From a virus: 64,000 bases of DNA. The notes under the pieces are model-generated. The model made no database searches, was not told where the DNA came from, and was given only the letters and a program-made list of their open reading frames with translations. Where the stretch lies: positions 5,203 through 69,202 of the IMG/VR virus record IMGVR_UViG_3300037010_002425; one strand, written 5' to 3'. Shown in pieces: positions 34,728 through 45,235 of the stretch; positions within the stretch are counted from its first letter, which is position 1, and every line of letters starts with the position of its first letter. A program made the translations under genes and the position numbers.

Positions 34728-35135
34728 TCAGGCCGCCTGGGTAATAACGAGGGAGGACACCGAGACGCTAGCCCCGGAGCTGATAGCCGCGCTGTTAAGC
34801 ACGAGGTTCGGGGTGCTTCCGGCGATGCCCGCCGAGCCATCGTGAACACGCGTAGTGCCATCGCTCTTTACGAGCGAGTACCAAGTTGCGGTTCCCGTAG
34901 CCAGAGCCGCCGAAGACGTAATCGCATTAGCGGTTTTCGAGCCCGCCGAGGCGGCAGCGAAGGCCGTTGCGTTGAGGGAAAGCCGGGCGAGTCGCACCTG
35001 GGCGGCGATGGCCGTGTCGGCATCTGTCGGCTGCGTGCCGTCGTAGATGTCGAGAAAGCCCGCGTTGAGAACGTCGAGAGCCGCATTCAGGGCGAGGTTT
35101 CGGCTGGCGACGGAGGTTTTCGGATTAAGAGCCAT
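34728..35135 (-). CDS. Small virion structural protein of the fibre cassette
   Basis: LDIYDGTQP..AD, ATGTATWY, DG..G...L.L pattern seen in phage fibre-associated proteins. Confidence 0.65.
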   Translation of the reverse strand: MALNPKTSVASRNLALNAALDVLNAGFLDIYDGTQPTDADTAIAAQVRLARLSLNATAFAAASAGSKTANAITSSAALATGTATWYSLVKSDGTTRVHDGSAGIAGSTPNLVLNSAAISSGASVSVSSLVITQAA

Positions 35136-35400
35136 TGCTTACCTGCGTTTCTGCCGGTTTTCCGGCGTTGTTGGCCACGGCGACGGCGAGGCGTCCCTTG
35201 GCGTAGTGTTTCGTAACATCTTCCGCGGTGTGCGCTGCAAACCACGTGGTGAGAACCCATTCGAGCAGGCTTTTCACCTGGTCCCAGCTCGCCTTGTTGG
35301 CGAAAAGAGCCCCGAAAGCCAGGGCGACGACGAAGAGAGCAACAATGCCCTTCGTGGAAGAAAGAAGCCGCGTGAGGGGATTCGGAGAGTCAGGATTCAC
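35125..35400 (-). CDS. Holin-like small membrane protein
   Basis: 91 aa; LSSTKGIVALFVVALAFGALF plus a second hydrophobic helix. Confidence 0.55.
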   Translation of the reverse strand: MNPDSPNPLTRLLSSTKGIVALFVVALAFGALFANKASWDQVKSLLEWVLTTWFAAHTAEDVTKHYAKGRLAVAVANNAGKPAETQVSNGS

Positions 35401-38400
35401 GGGTACACCTTGGTAAAGTTGGAGAGAAATCCGCCGGCGCCGTCAGAGTACCACTTCAGGTCGTCGAGGCGGATTCCTCCTGCGTCGGTCGCGCCGGTGG
35501 CGTGAAGTACGTTCCCGACGCTGTAGGCGTGCGTGTCGCTGTTCGCCGGAAGGCCGTACTTGGCGACGAGGACGTTGCAGGCAAACATGCCGAAGATGCA
35601 GCGGTTGTGCCGGATAGCCGCGTTGTCCGACGCGCCCGCCGAACGCGGAAGCTCGATGAAGTTTCCATAAACCTGGAATTGACGGAGCCCTTGCAGGATC
35701 ACGCCAACGTAGTCTCCGTTAACAATGGGCTCGTCGACAGAGTCTGCGCGGAACTTGAAGACGTTGTTCGCCATTCGGAGGCCGGTAAACGCGTTAGAGA
35801 GTCCATCGAAGCCGCCGTCCGGGCTAGCGGCGATGATGTTCGCACCGCCGTCCGCCCCGCCAACGTAGTCTGGGGCGTTCGTGACGACATCGCCGCCATC
35901 CAAAGACACCGGGTAGAAGCCCAGGTAGTATTCGTAGTTGGGAGAGACGGTTCCGCCCGTCAGGGACACCGGAGAGGCGCCGCCCGCGTTCCCGCTCATG
36001 CTGATGACGTTGTCGGAAAGCTCGACACCGACGATGGTGAAATTTCCGCGGTAGGTGTTTTTGACGGCAAGAAGGTGCGCCGCTTCTGCCATCGCCGGCT
36101 TCGCCGGAGTAACGCCAGGCGCCCGCGGAATGATACCCGCCCACACGAAGTCCCCGGCGATGCGGGTGCGTCGCATCGTGACGGCCTCGAAATCCGGCTG
36201 CGCGTCGATGGTGTTGACGATGAAGCCGCCAATCCACCGGCCGTAGCTGGAGTTAAAGTAGCCGTTAACGGAGTTCTGCGGGAGGCGGAGCGAATTGCCG
36301 TCGAGAAGCAGATTCTTGACGTAGCTCGACTCGATGAGCACGGCAGCCGCGGCCCAGAAGTGCGTGCCGGCCACCTGGGCGGAGTAGGACGTGAGCGCGT
36401 CGGGAGACGCGATAGAGAACGAGTTGTTCCGAATCGTGACGTTTTCGTAGGTGCGGTTCGCCAGGAAGGCGATGGCCGAGCAGGTAACGGCGTATCCCGG
36501 CGACCCGCCCTTCACGAAGAACGGCCGGCCGGCGGTGTCGGAAGTGCTCCCGGTGCCGCTCACCGCACGCCCCGCGATAAACGTTCCGTTGTAGCCGATG
36601 CGACATTCCTCAATGAGGGTGCGGCCGCCGTAGCCTACGCCGTCGTTCGCGTTAACGATCATCGGGAGGAAGCAGCGGAGGTCACCCGGCGACCCGTACA
36701 GCTCGCCCGAAAGCGTGCAGTTGCGGATGGCGACGCCGGCGAACGACTTGCCAATAACGAGCGCCCCGTGCGCGTCCTCGAAGTGTCGTGGCGTAAAGAC
36801 ACAGTCTTCGATGGTGAGCTGGTTCGTAAACGAGAAGTGCTGCGGGTTACCTTCCGCCGCCTTGAACGGCGTGAGGCCCGAGACGCTGGACGTCCCCGCC
36901 ATGCTGCCGACGAAGGCGCCGTCCCAGTAACGGGACACTCGCAGGCAGCAGGCGTGGAGATAGTTGTCCCCTTCGTTGCCGAACGAAGAGGAGCTGCCGG
37001 CTTCCTGCGAATACTTACTCCACAGCCGGGTACGCTTCAGCGTGATGTTCGAGGCCACGATGTCAACGGGGAAGGCGAACTCGCAGTCCTCGATAATGAC
37101 GTGTTGCGCGACGAGCTTGAGCCCGTAGGCGATGCCGTCCGCCCCGCCAAGGAAGTCAAAGGCGATTCCTTTGAGCACGATCGTGTCCGCCGAGAGCACC
37201 AAGACGGCGTTGCCGTCCGGAAAGCTTTTCGGCACGGTAACGCGCGTCTGGTGTTTCCCGTAGCCGACGAACTCAAGCAGCGATTGTCCCTCGTCGGGGT
37301 AGGTAGCGCCGTCAACGTAGGTGTGGAGTAGGGCGGCTTCGAACGTGTCCGGCCCCAGCTTCGGCACCTGCAACGCGCTTCCGAAGATTCCGCCTGCAGC
37401 AACGGCATGGTCGCCGGGCAGGAGGGAGAAGCGGAGCTTTCGCCCGCCATTAGAGCCAGTGTGTAGGGCCAGGTTGCCGAGCCCGTGCGAGCGCACCAAA
37501 AAGCGCAGTGCGTCGTAGAGCTGCGTTCCCGAGTTCACGATAGCCTCGCGGTCTCGGTTAATTGCGTCTGCCACGCTACCGAGGTCCGGCGCGTCGTAGG
37601 TGACGTGCCCGTTCGCCCACAGCAATTTTCCGTTTTCGTGCCGGCAGACAATCTGCGCGCCTGCGCCGGTAAACTCGGAGGGGTCTCCCACGTAGAGGTT
37701 TTCCGCCGTGAGTCCAGAGAAAGAGCCGCCAGACGGTCCGAAGTAGAGGCCCGCAGCCCCCTTGCGGTGGAACGTTTCGTCAGACAGCCCGCGCCACCCG
37801 AGCGCCTTGCCGACGGGAAGCGTCCAACCTCCCGAGGGTGCCACGCCCGGAGTGGCGTACGTCACAACCGGATTGCTAACGAGGTGCTGCGGCCCGCGTG
37901 CGTCCAACGCGGCAGTGGCGGACATGTAGAGCTTTCCCGCGTTAGAGTCCCAGAGGATGGAACCCGTCGAGAACATCGACACGAAGCTGTTGCCCTCGCC
38001 GAGCGGCTCGCGAAGGTCCACGGTGTAGAGGAATTGCACGACGTCGGGTCCGCCCGGATCGCCGATGGCAGGTCCAAGGTTTCGTCGTGCAAAGCGACAG
38101 AGGAGCACCTGCGTCTGGAAGCCCCCAAGCAGGGTCGCATCCGACGGGTTTCCCAGCGCAGGCACCGCAGCGATGGCCGCCGCAAGGGTCGCTGCCTCGG
38201 ACGCGGCGAATACCACCGTGGGCTCTCGACGGAGGGCCGTAATTCCAAGTTCCGCGATGGCGATGGTGGGGTCTTCGAGGTCGGTGATCTCGGCGAGTGT
38301 AATCGTCGCGTAGAGGACGCCGTAGCTGATAGGCCCGAGCGGCGTAGCTAGCGGCGCGAAAATGGAGTCGCCCATCGGGAGGTCGCCGGCGAGGAGCAAG

Positions 38401-38693
38401 CGAAACCCGTCGACGTAGGAAACGCCGCCGCTAACGCTAAGAACGACGTTCGCACCATCCAAGACGGGCTTCCACGCGTCTCCGGTCGCAAAGAGCTTGG
38501 ATTGGCCGAGGGCCGCACCCGAGGAATTCTGGCTCTCCCGTCCGAGCATCGCGCGGAAGGCGTCAGTTTGGGCCGAGCGTAGAATGTCTTGTGCCTCGTT
38601 AAGGTCGCTGTCGACGACCACGGTGCCTTGCTGGAAAACGACGGTGGAACGGTTTTTCGCGCGGTCGAAAGAGTTACGAGTGTTGTTAGTCAT
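35397..38693 (-). CDS. DUF6519-type tail spike/fibre with beta-helix region
   Basis: N-terminal RNSFDRAK..STVVFQQG.VVVDSDLNE; repeated I.N/DC.F and N.F/I beta-helix turns. Confidence 0.75.
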   Translation of the reverse strand: MTNNTRNSFDRAKNRSTVVFQQGTVVVDSDLNEAQDILRSAQTDAFRAMLGRESQNSSGAALGQSKLFATGDAWKPVLDGANVVLSVSGGVSYVDGFRLLLAGDLPMGDSIFAPLATPLGPISYGVLYATITLAEITDLEDPTIAIAELGITALRREPTVVFAASEAATLAAAIAAVPALGNPSDATLLGGFQTQVLLCRFARRNLGPAIGDPGGPDVVQFLYTVDLREPLGEGNSFVSMFSTGSILWDSNAGKLYMSATAALDARGPQHLVSNPVVTYATPGVAPSGGWTLPVGKALGWRGLSDETFHRKGAAGLYFGPSGGSFSGLTAENLYVGDPSEFTGAGAQIVCRHENGKLLWANGHVTYDAPDLGSVADAINRDREAIVNSGTQLYDALRFLVRSHGLGNLALHTGSNGGRKLRFSLLPGDHAVAAGGIFGSALQVPKLGPDTFEAALLHTYVDGATYPDEGQSLLEFVGYGKHQTRVTVPKSFPDGNAVLVLSADTIVLKGIAFDFLGGADGIAYGLKLVAQHVIIEDCEFAFPVDIVASNITLKRTRLWSKYSQEAGSSSSFGNEGDNYLHACCLRVSRYWDGAFVGSMAGTSSVSGLTPFKAAEGNPQHFSFTNQLTIEDCVFTPRHFEDAHGALVIGKSFAGVAIRNCTLSGELYGSPGDLRCFLPMIVNANDGVGYGGRTLIEECRIGYNGTFIAGRAVSGTGSTSDTAGRPFFVKGGSPGYAVTCSAIAFLANRTYENVTIRNNSFSIASPDALTSYSAQVAGTHFWAAAAVLIESSYVKNLLLDGNSLRLPQNSVNGYFNSSYGRWIGGFIVNTIDAQPDFEAVTMRRTRIAGDFVWAGIIPRAPGVTPAKPAMAEAAHLLAVKNTYRGNFTIVGVELSDNVISMSGNAGGASPVSLTGGTVSPNYEYYLGFYPVSLDGGDVVTNAPDYVGGADGGANIIAASPDGGFDGLSNAFTGLRMANNVFKFRADSVDEPIVNGDYVGVILQGLRQFQVYGNFIELPRSAGASDNAAIRHNRCIFGMFACNVLVAKYGLPANSDTHAYSVGNVLHATGATDAGGIRLDDLKWYSDGAGGFLSNFTKVYP

Positions 38694-38703
38694 GATCGGC
38701 CTT

Positions 38704-41700
38704 TCAGGGAGTCGTAGCGGTTACGTTGGCGAAGTGGAGGCACCAGTTGGGCTGCCAGGGGTCGGAGTCACGCAGCTGCCCGCGCCGAACCTTGCCGTCT
38801 CCGTCCCCAAGGAACGCGTAGGCAACGGAGATATCGGTCGCCGCCGGCAGCGGTGCGGCAGTGTCGATGTACACGATATTCCCCGCGATGGACACTGACG
38901 CAATCGTGAGCTTCGTTGCTCCGTTATAAAGCTCGAAGCCCTTGCCGTTTGTCCATTCGGTATTCACCACCGAATGGTTTCCGTCCCACAGCGCGGAATC
39001 GAAGACGAGCGGCCCGTGCGGTACGGCCATCGTCAAGGTGACGCGCGAGCCAGAGGCTTCCGCGCTAATGGGCTGCAGCGGAACCCATCCGCGCCCGCGG
39101 CGAACTTCGTTGAACACCTGCCAGTTTTTGCGCGCCAGGTCTCGGTAGCCTTGCGCCGTCAGGTGCAGGTTGTCGGGGGAGAATTCGTACTGGTACTTTG
39201 GCCCGCTAACGAAGATGTCGTTCGGCCACAGAATACCGGCCTGGCGCTGCGATTCGTGTACGGCGAGGGATACCGGGAGCGACGCGTACATGCCGGCCGA
39301 CGCTTGGGAGAGGATGAGCGGAATGCGCGTTGCCTGTCCCGTAATCGCGCGCACGTCGTGGTCGTAGTCCTGCTGCATCTGTCGCACCGACAGGTTGTAC
39401 GCGGTGTCGGCGTAGTCGCTCTCGCCGTGCGTGAGGATGACAGCGGCTACTTCGTAGCTCTTGCCCTGCGAGTTAAGAATCCGCTTGAACGCGGTAACCT
39501 CGTCGATGGCGGCAGAAAAGCTGCGTCCCGGCTCGATGGAGTCGTTCGGCTCGGTAACGCCGTTTTTCGCGATCAAGTACATCGCCCAGCCGTCTTTACC
39601 GACGAGTGAGTGGGCCGTCTTCATCCGCCCGCGATAGGCGCCTTCCGCAAGTGAAGCGAAATAGGTAGCGCCCGTCTCGCCCTCAACGTTGTTCGGGTGA
39701 GGAAGGTTCTGCGTGAACTCGCGGGGCGGCTCGGCGATGTCTACGGCTGTCCACGTAGTCGTCGGCGTGATGAGGGTTGGCAGTAGCGCCTGCATTCCGG
39801 CGAGGCGAAGATGTCCGGGCACCGGCATTGTCGTAATGGGCGGGTAGGCGGTAGCTCCAACAGAAAGCGATTGCCCCGTCTCGATGATTCCGAGGACATT
39901 ATCCGGCGATTCAAGCAGATAGTCTTTAACCGGCTCAAAGCGCACGTAGACGTTGGCTCCCTTCGGCGCGAACGAGGGCAACGCAGCGACAAGCCGCGCA
40001 TAGGAGTACGCGTCCCTCTGCGAAAGAATCACGTAGGTAGAGCCTGCCCGCGCCACCGCCTCGATATTCAAGTCGCGGTCGTTCGGCTCCAGGTAGAGAG
40101 CGGTCTCGCTGTTCCCCGTGATTCGGTAGAGGCGCCGCGTGTTCCAGTTGGGAATAACGTAGTGCCCCGTGAGCGCACCGGGAATCCACGCTGCTGTGCT
40201 GTCCGTAAGCTCGTTGTAGAGCGACGGATACGCGCCGCCCTTCGTGGCGGTGACGGTGCCCAGCGCCTCGTAATTTCCGCTAACCCACAACAGGACGTCG
40301 GAAGGTCGCGGCGCATAGACGTCGGCGAAGTCGGAGCCCCCACCCGGCATAAAGCTCCAGTAGGAGTCGAACGCTTCCGAGCGCAGGCGCGCATCCCACA
40401 GCCCCGAGGGCATTAGGGAGAAGTCGCCGACGTGTAGACGGAATCCCGTTTCTGCAGAGCGCGTAGCCCAAGCACCGGGCGTGTGCGCATCCGCGATGGA
40501 CGCTTGTCCGTTAGCCACGGGTGCCGACGGGGCCAGCGTGATGCGGGTCTTTCCAGCTGCGAACTCTCCAGTCTCGTATTGCCCGGTAATGAAAAAGCGG
40601 TTTCCGGCCGAGTCCAAAAAGGACACCGCCCCGGTGCTGTACAGAGCGCCCGCCATCCAGGAGCGCGGCGTCTCGCTCGGCAGCTGCCAGGCGTCATTGG
40701 TGATTACCGCGTCGATATCGAACACACCGTCAGAGGGAGACGAGCCCGTAATGAGTAGCTCTTTCCGCATGAAGGCGGAGGGGTCGGAGAAGGAAATCTC
40801 CTGGTCACTTTCGCCGCCGGCGGACACAGAGCCTACGCAAGCGAAGCCACCCCAGGCGTCGAGCGCAAACATGTTCTCCGGTTGATAGGTCGGCAACTCG
40901 ACGATATCCCCCGTAGGTGTTTCCGCAGTGTGGACAGCTGAGACGCCCGGAGCGTTCGAGGTGGGGTTGATCCGGTACCAAGTTGACTTCCCGTCCCACG
41001 TCTTCATAACACGAGAAGAACCGCAGTGCGGGTAGTTCTCCTGCTCACAACGAACGTCCCAGCCCGTGGAGAGCTTCGCCAGTGCCACCAGCGAGGGGCA
41101 GGTGCCCTTCGTGGCCTGCACGGTCGAGATTCCGGTAACAAGGCGCCGCAGAGAAGACGTTTCCGCATTCATGTCTACCGGGATGCCCTGTTCTTTCGCC
41201 GCGGCGCGCAAAAGGCCATCCTGGTTAGAGGGAATGCCAATCTGCCCAGCCGGCATGAGGTCCGGGTCGCGCAGGTCTCCGAGGGCCGAAAGCCAGCCTC
41301 GGAAAAGGTTGGTAACCGCCAGAAGATTTCGGGTCTTCGATTCCGCGAGGCCGCGGTCGTCGCCAGCCAGCGTACTTTGGTCTGCCCGGCGCACGGCTTT
41401 CGGGAGCAGCTGGTAGACGTAGTTACCTTCTGCAGCTTCGTAGTCCTCGATAGAGAGGCCAGTAACCATGCCGTCGGCCGAAAACAGCCACTGTTCCGGC
41501 TGCATCGGAGCGCTGGCCGCCGACGACAGAAACACGGTGTAGTAGTAGGCCCCCGGGGCCACCGTGTCGGTGAAGTTGGTAACGGCCACGCCGGCGTAGA
41601 TAGCTTCCGCGTCGGGGTCGTACGGGAGGCGGGGGTGTCCTTTCTGGGAGCGGAGAATCCGCACGCGGGTGGTACCGCTCCCGTTTCGCCACGTCAGGTC

Positions 41701-42063
41701 GACGCGGTTTCCCTCAGGAAAGGTCACGGCGCGCAGCTCGCTGATCTGCGGCTGGTCGACGCGAAACAAGAAAGCTTCCCGCGCCGTTTCTCCACTCGCC
41801 GTTCCCGTCGCATGGAGGGCGATCGAAGGGGTGTCGGCGGAGAGGGCAGAAACGCGGTAGGTCCGGGAGTCTGCGGTAAAGGCGGTAAGCACCGCCAAAA
41901 AGCCTACGGCGGCTACGAGGGAGCCGCCGAGGACGAGAGGTTGTCCGTTTGCCATAACGTTGATGCTTCCTGTAACCAGCCCCATCCCCTGGAAGGTGAG
42001 TAAAAACTCAGCGTCTCGGGAAACAGGAGCAATCGGGTTTTGGGGGGTGACGGTGATCTTCAT
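38704..42063 (-). CDS. Baseplate wedge (gp7/tail-I-like) fused to an SGNH/sialate O-acetylesterase-like domain
   Basis: Follows baseplate J; YQLLPKAVRRAD and KGT...TGW wedge motifs; C-terminal GQSLS, THGESD, DNLHL. Confidence 0.72.
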   Translation of the reverse strand: MKITVTPQNPIAPVSRDAEFLLTFQGMGLVTGSINVMANGQPLVLGGSLVAAVGFLAVLTAFTADSRTYRVSALSADTPSIALHATGTASGETAREAFLFRVDQPQISELRAVTFPEGNRVDLTWRNGSGTTRVRILRSQKGHPRLPYDPDAEAIYAGVAVTNFTDTVAPGAYYYTVFLSSAASAPMQPEQWLFSADGMVTGLSIEDYEAAEGNYVYQLLPKAVRRADQSTLAGDDRGLAESKTRNLLAVTNLFRGWLSALGDLRDPDLMPAGQIGIPSNQDGLLRAAAKEQGIPVDMNAETSSLRRLVTGISTVQATKGTCPSLVALAKLSTGWDVRCEQENYPHCGSSRVMKTWDGKSTWYRINPTSNAPGVSAVHTAETPTGDIVELPTYQPENMFALDAWGGFACVGSVSAGGESDQEISFSDPSAFMRKELLITGSSPSDGVFDIDAVITNDAWQLPSETPRSWMAGALYSTGAVSFLDSAGNRFFITGQYETGEFAAGKTRITLAPSAPVANGQASIADAHTPGAWATRSAETGFRLHVGDFSLMPSGLWDARLRSEAFDSYWSFMPGGGSDFADVYAPRPSDVLLWVSGNYEALGTVTATKGGAYPSLYNELTDSTAAWIPGALTGHYVIPNWNTRRLYRITGNSETALYLEPNDRDLNIEAVARAGSTYVILSQRDAYSYARLVAALPSFAPKGANVYVRFEPVKDYLLESPDNVLGIIETGQSLSVGATAYPPITTMPVPGHLRLAGMQALLPTLITPTTTWTAVDIAEPPREFTQNLPHPNNVEGETGATYFASLAEGAYRGRMKTAHSLVGKDGWAMYLIAKNGVTEPNDSIEPGRSFSAAIDEVTAFKRILNSQGKSYEVAAVILTHGESDYADTAYNLSVRQMQQDYDHDVRAITGQATRIPLILSQASAGMYASLPVSLAVHESQRQAGILWPNDIFVSGPKYQYEFSPDNLHLTAQGYRDLARKNWQVFNEVRRGRGWVPLQPISAEASGSRVTLTMAVPHGPLVFDSALWDGNHSVVNTEWTNGKGFELYNGATKLTIASVSIAGNIVYIDTAAPLPAATDISVAYAFLGDGDGKVRRGQLRDSDPWQPNWCLHFANVTATTP

Positions 42064-44048
42064 ACGCGGATGCCTCCGCTAGTGCGGATTTCGAGGGAGT
42101 CAGACGAGAAGGTAGGGAACTCTTCCTCCTCAAGCAGCACGTCTCCGCGCTGCGGAAACACGTCGACGACCAGCACGTCTCCCGCGGCGAAAGGCTTGGA
42201 GCCGACAACCGGTTTGAACGAGACAAGGCCGTCGTCGCTAGTGAACGTGTCCGTGACGTTGTAGCCAGACGTAGAAGGCGAGACGAGGTAGTACGTCGCG
42301 CCCGGTTGCGTAACGCTATAGAGCGTGTAGCGGTTCTCTACATTAATCGTTTGGCCTTCCGCCGACAATACAGCCACGGAAGCCGCAGAACCACGGTCCG
42401 GCACGAGACGCCAGCCAGCAGAGAAGTTTTCCGTCTCGGCGGTGAAGTCGGCGGCCTCGTCCACGAGGGAGTACGTGGCTACCTGGCTAACGCGCCCTTT
42501 GAGGCGCTCCCGAACGGCGTAACGGTTCGCGGCAAGGAAGGTCACAACGTATTGCCGGCGCTTTCGGTTCGGCGCCAAGTTCGTAATCGTGATGTCTCCG
42601 TTACCGGTGTTTCCCTGCAGCGGCTTCAGCGCTTTCGGGTTTGCCGTCAGGCCGACGATCTCCACGCGGTTGACGCCAGAGGGGCGAAGCGCTTCGAACA
42701 GCGCCTGCAACCGCGTCGTCGACAGAAGGTCGAGGGGCCGCCCCTCGTCGTCTTTCCCCGCTGCCGCGAAGTCGAGCTGAGAGAAGTTCAGAATCCCGCT
42801 GTCTCGCGCGGTGTAGAGCTGCTCACGCACCAGCTGCTTGACGGCCGCCGCGCGAAAGTCGTTATCTACGTGAACGAGAAGCGAAAGGCCGCATTCCCGG
42901 TACAGAGCCGAGAACACGTTAACGCGCTCGTTCACCATCGAGGCAGTCTTAAAGAAGCGGCTAACGGACACAGCCAGCGCGGGCGTCACCTCCCCGCCGC
43001 CAGACGGGGCCACGAACAGGGAGACGGTGCGGCTCCCGCGAGGCTGGCCCGCAGAGGCGCGCACCCGGGAGATGCCGGGAAGGGTCGACGCGAGTGCCTG
43101 GTAGTCCTCCAGTGTCACAGCCCGCTGCAGGGTGGCGTTTCGCGTAGCCAGTGCACCTTTCGCCTCTCGGAGCGTAGCGGCTTCTTTCCCGCCAGTGGCG
43201 TCCGCCGCGTTGGTAATGGACAGGACGCATTGCGGCATCGAGACCTTCTCGTTAATGAGCCCTTTCGGGATGTTTCCGCGAATCCCGCCGGCGATGCGGA
43301 AGCTCGCGCGCAGCTCCGAGCCCGACGGCGGAACGGCCCCGTAGGTACCGTCGCCGAAAGCCAGAAACGTGTTGCCGATTTCGTCCGTGATGCGTCGGTA
43401 GTGGCGCGCGGTAGCTGCCGACAGCACGAGGTTGTCGACCTCCGCCCAAACAGACGAGCCGATTACGAGAGTGATCGAGCTGCCGAGCACGCCCTGCTGC
43501 GGAACCTGGAAGCGCTGGTTCGGTGCACCCGTTCCCACGCCCACAAGGATGTCTGTGACGCGCTCGCCCTCGACGCATTCAATCTCGACGAAACCCGCAA
43601 TCGGGTAAGACGGGATGTCGAGCGCCGCCCGGGGAGAGTAGAAAACTTCCGCCTCTCCCCCGGCTCCGTTGCTAACGACGGCATCGAGGCCCACAGTGGC
43701 CGGATAAAGACCAGCGTCGGGGTCTAGCGTGAGTGCCATCACGACAGAGGCGGCCTCTGCTTCGCGCGGACGAAAGCCCACGGACCGGCCGATATTCACG
43801 AGGGATTGCCGCCGGCGAGCCGAAGTCACGAAGCTCTCCTGCAAAAGAGAGTTGGTTTGGTAGGAGAGGAGGTCACCTAAGTACGCCGCAAGTTCGACGT
43901 ACATCATGTTGAAATCGTTGGGAACGTACGCCGTCCAGAGGGCGGAATACTTGCCCTGCGCGTAGGCCACGAGATCAGAGGTCATCGATTCAAAGTCGGC
44001 CGAGGTGTAGTCGACGACGGGGCTTACTCGGTTAGCGGAGAGGTCCAT
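42060..44048 (-). CDS. Baseplate J / T4 gp6-like wedge protein
   Basis: DYTSADFES, G.GAPNQRF, FGDG.YG.VP, GG..GN, ATGG, RAVTLEDY. Confidence 0.9.
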   Translation of the reverse strand: MDLSANRVSPVVDYTSADFESMTSDLVAYAQGKYSALWTAYVPNDFNMMYVELAAYLGDLLSYQTNSLLQESFVTSARRRQSLVNIGRSVGFRPREAEAASVVMALTLDPDAGLYPATVGLDAVVSNGAGGEAEVFYSPRAALDIPSYPIAGFVEIECVEGERVTDILVGVGTGAPNQRFQVPQQGVLGSSITLVIGSSVWAEVDNLVLSAATARHYRRITDEIGNTFLAFGDGTYGAVPPSGSELRASFRIAGGIRGNIPKGLINEKVSMPQCVLSITNAADATGGKEAATLREAKGALATRNATLQRAVTLEDYQALASTLPGISRVRASAGQPRGSRTVSLFVAPSGGGEVTPALAVSVSRFFKTASMVNERVNVFSALYRECGLSLLVHVDNDFRAAAVKQLVREQLYTARDSGILNFSQLDFAAAGKDDEGRPLDLLSTTRLQALFEALRPSGVNRVEIVGLTANPKALKPLQGNTGNGDITITNLAPNRKRRQYVVTFLAANRYAVRERLKGRVSQVATYSLVDEAADFTAETENFSAGWRLVPDRGSAASVAVLSAEGQTINVENRYTLYSVTQPGATYYLVSPSTSGYNVTDTFTSDDGLVSFKPVVGSKPFAAGDVLVVDVFPQRGDVLLEEEEFPTFSSDSLEIRTSGGIRV

Positions 44049-44054
44049 GTTTGC

Positions 44055-44480
44055 TCATTTCTTGACGGAGGGGTCGAGGTAGAACGGATAGATGAGAGAA
44101 CCTTGCCGATTAGTAAGCCGGAAAGTCCAGCTCAGCTCGACGTAGAGAACGCCAGGCTCTCCCTCTCGAACGCCCGCGGTAGCACGAACGGCGGTCACTC
44201 GGGGCTCTTGCGCCGAAACGGCATCTGCAAGCTGCGCCGGCACGATGGCTTGCGCTGAGTCGATGTCTGAAAAGAGGAGCTTCGACAACAAAACGCCCTC
44301 GTCCTCGCGCATCACCCGCTCGCCTAGGAGCGTTCCGACGAGGATGAGAATCGCCTGCGTCACGGCGGCCTCGCCTTCGGCCGGCTTGAGGCGGCCCGTC
44401 CTCGGGTCTACCTGGAGAGGGAACGCCACGGTGCGTCCCAGCGTATCCGTGTTTAGCAGCTGATAAAGGTTCGGAATCAT
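44055..44480 (-). CDS. gp25/GPW-like baseplate protein
   Basis: AFP, QAILILVGTLLGERVMR, QEPRV, LIYPFYL; start MIPNL is ATGA-coupled. Confidence 0.88.
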   Translation of the reverse strand: MIPNLYQLLNTDTLGRTVAFPLQVDPRTGRLKPAEGEAAVTQAILILVGTLLGERVMREDEGVLLSKLLFSDIDSAQAIVPAQLADAVSAQEPRVTAVRATAGVREGEPGVLYVELSWTFRLTNRQGSLIYPFYLDPSVKK

Positions 44481-45235
44481 AGCTCTCCTGTAATCGGCGT
44501 GAGGTAGTTCGCGACGATAGCGTCGATGGCGTCGCACTTAGCGATGACGGCGTCAGGGTCGGCAAGCTCCGACGGAGACAGTCCCAGCGGGTAAACGCCG
44601 GCATCTTTTAGAGCCGCCTTAATCGGCGGGGCCGCCGCGAGCGCCAGGTCGAAAGCGGTTGTTACGAGGGCCAGAAGGTCGTTAATCGAGGCCATCTGGA
44701 ATTGCTGATTCGCGACGAGAATCTCTTGCTGGCGTTTTGCGCATTCAGCCACGACCTGTAGGTTAGGGTCCGCGCTCTCCTCCATTTTCATGATGTCGAG
44801 GCTGGTCTGCACCTGCAGTTTCGAGCTTTCCGCCGCGCAGCGCATAATCGTCGAAACGGTGTTCAGCGTGTCTCTAACGAACTTGATCCACGGCAGCGGA
44901 TTCGCTGGAAGCGGCACAAGGTTGAGGAGTCCGGGCAGCTCGTCTTTCGTGAAGGCGGTCACCTTTTTGACGAAGTCGACGAGGGCGAGCGGGTTAGTCA
45001 CGATGCCCGGAAGGCCCAGGAAAAGCGTGATAAACGAGACGATGGGCTTGAGGGCGTTAAGCAACGGCACCAGCGGGCCAAGGCTCGCCGACAGCGCGAT
45101 GGTCAGCGCTTGCGGGTTCGGGCAGCAGGCATTCGGCAGGCTCGCCGGCGGCAGCCCCATCGGCAGCCGGATACCCAAGGTTTTGCACGGCGGCGGTTCT
45201 GCGCAAACGTCGACGGGAAACTTGATCTGCGCCAT
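44477..45235 (-). CDS. Hypothetical baseplate-region protein
   Basis: Pro/Leu-rich helical ORF between spike and gp25. Confidence 0.6.
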   Translation of the reverse strand: MAQIKFPVDVCAEPPPCKTLGIRLPMGLPPASLPNACCPNPQALTIALSASLGPLVPLLNALKPIVSFITLFLGLPGIVTNPLALVDFVKKVTAFTKDELPGLLNLVPLPANPLPWIKFVRDTLNTVSTIMRCAAESSKLQVQTSLDIMKMEESADPNLQVVAECAKRQQEILVANQQFQMASINDLLALVTTAFDLALAAAPPIKAALKDAGVYPLGLSPSELADPDAVIAKCDAIDAIVANYLTPITGEL

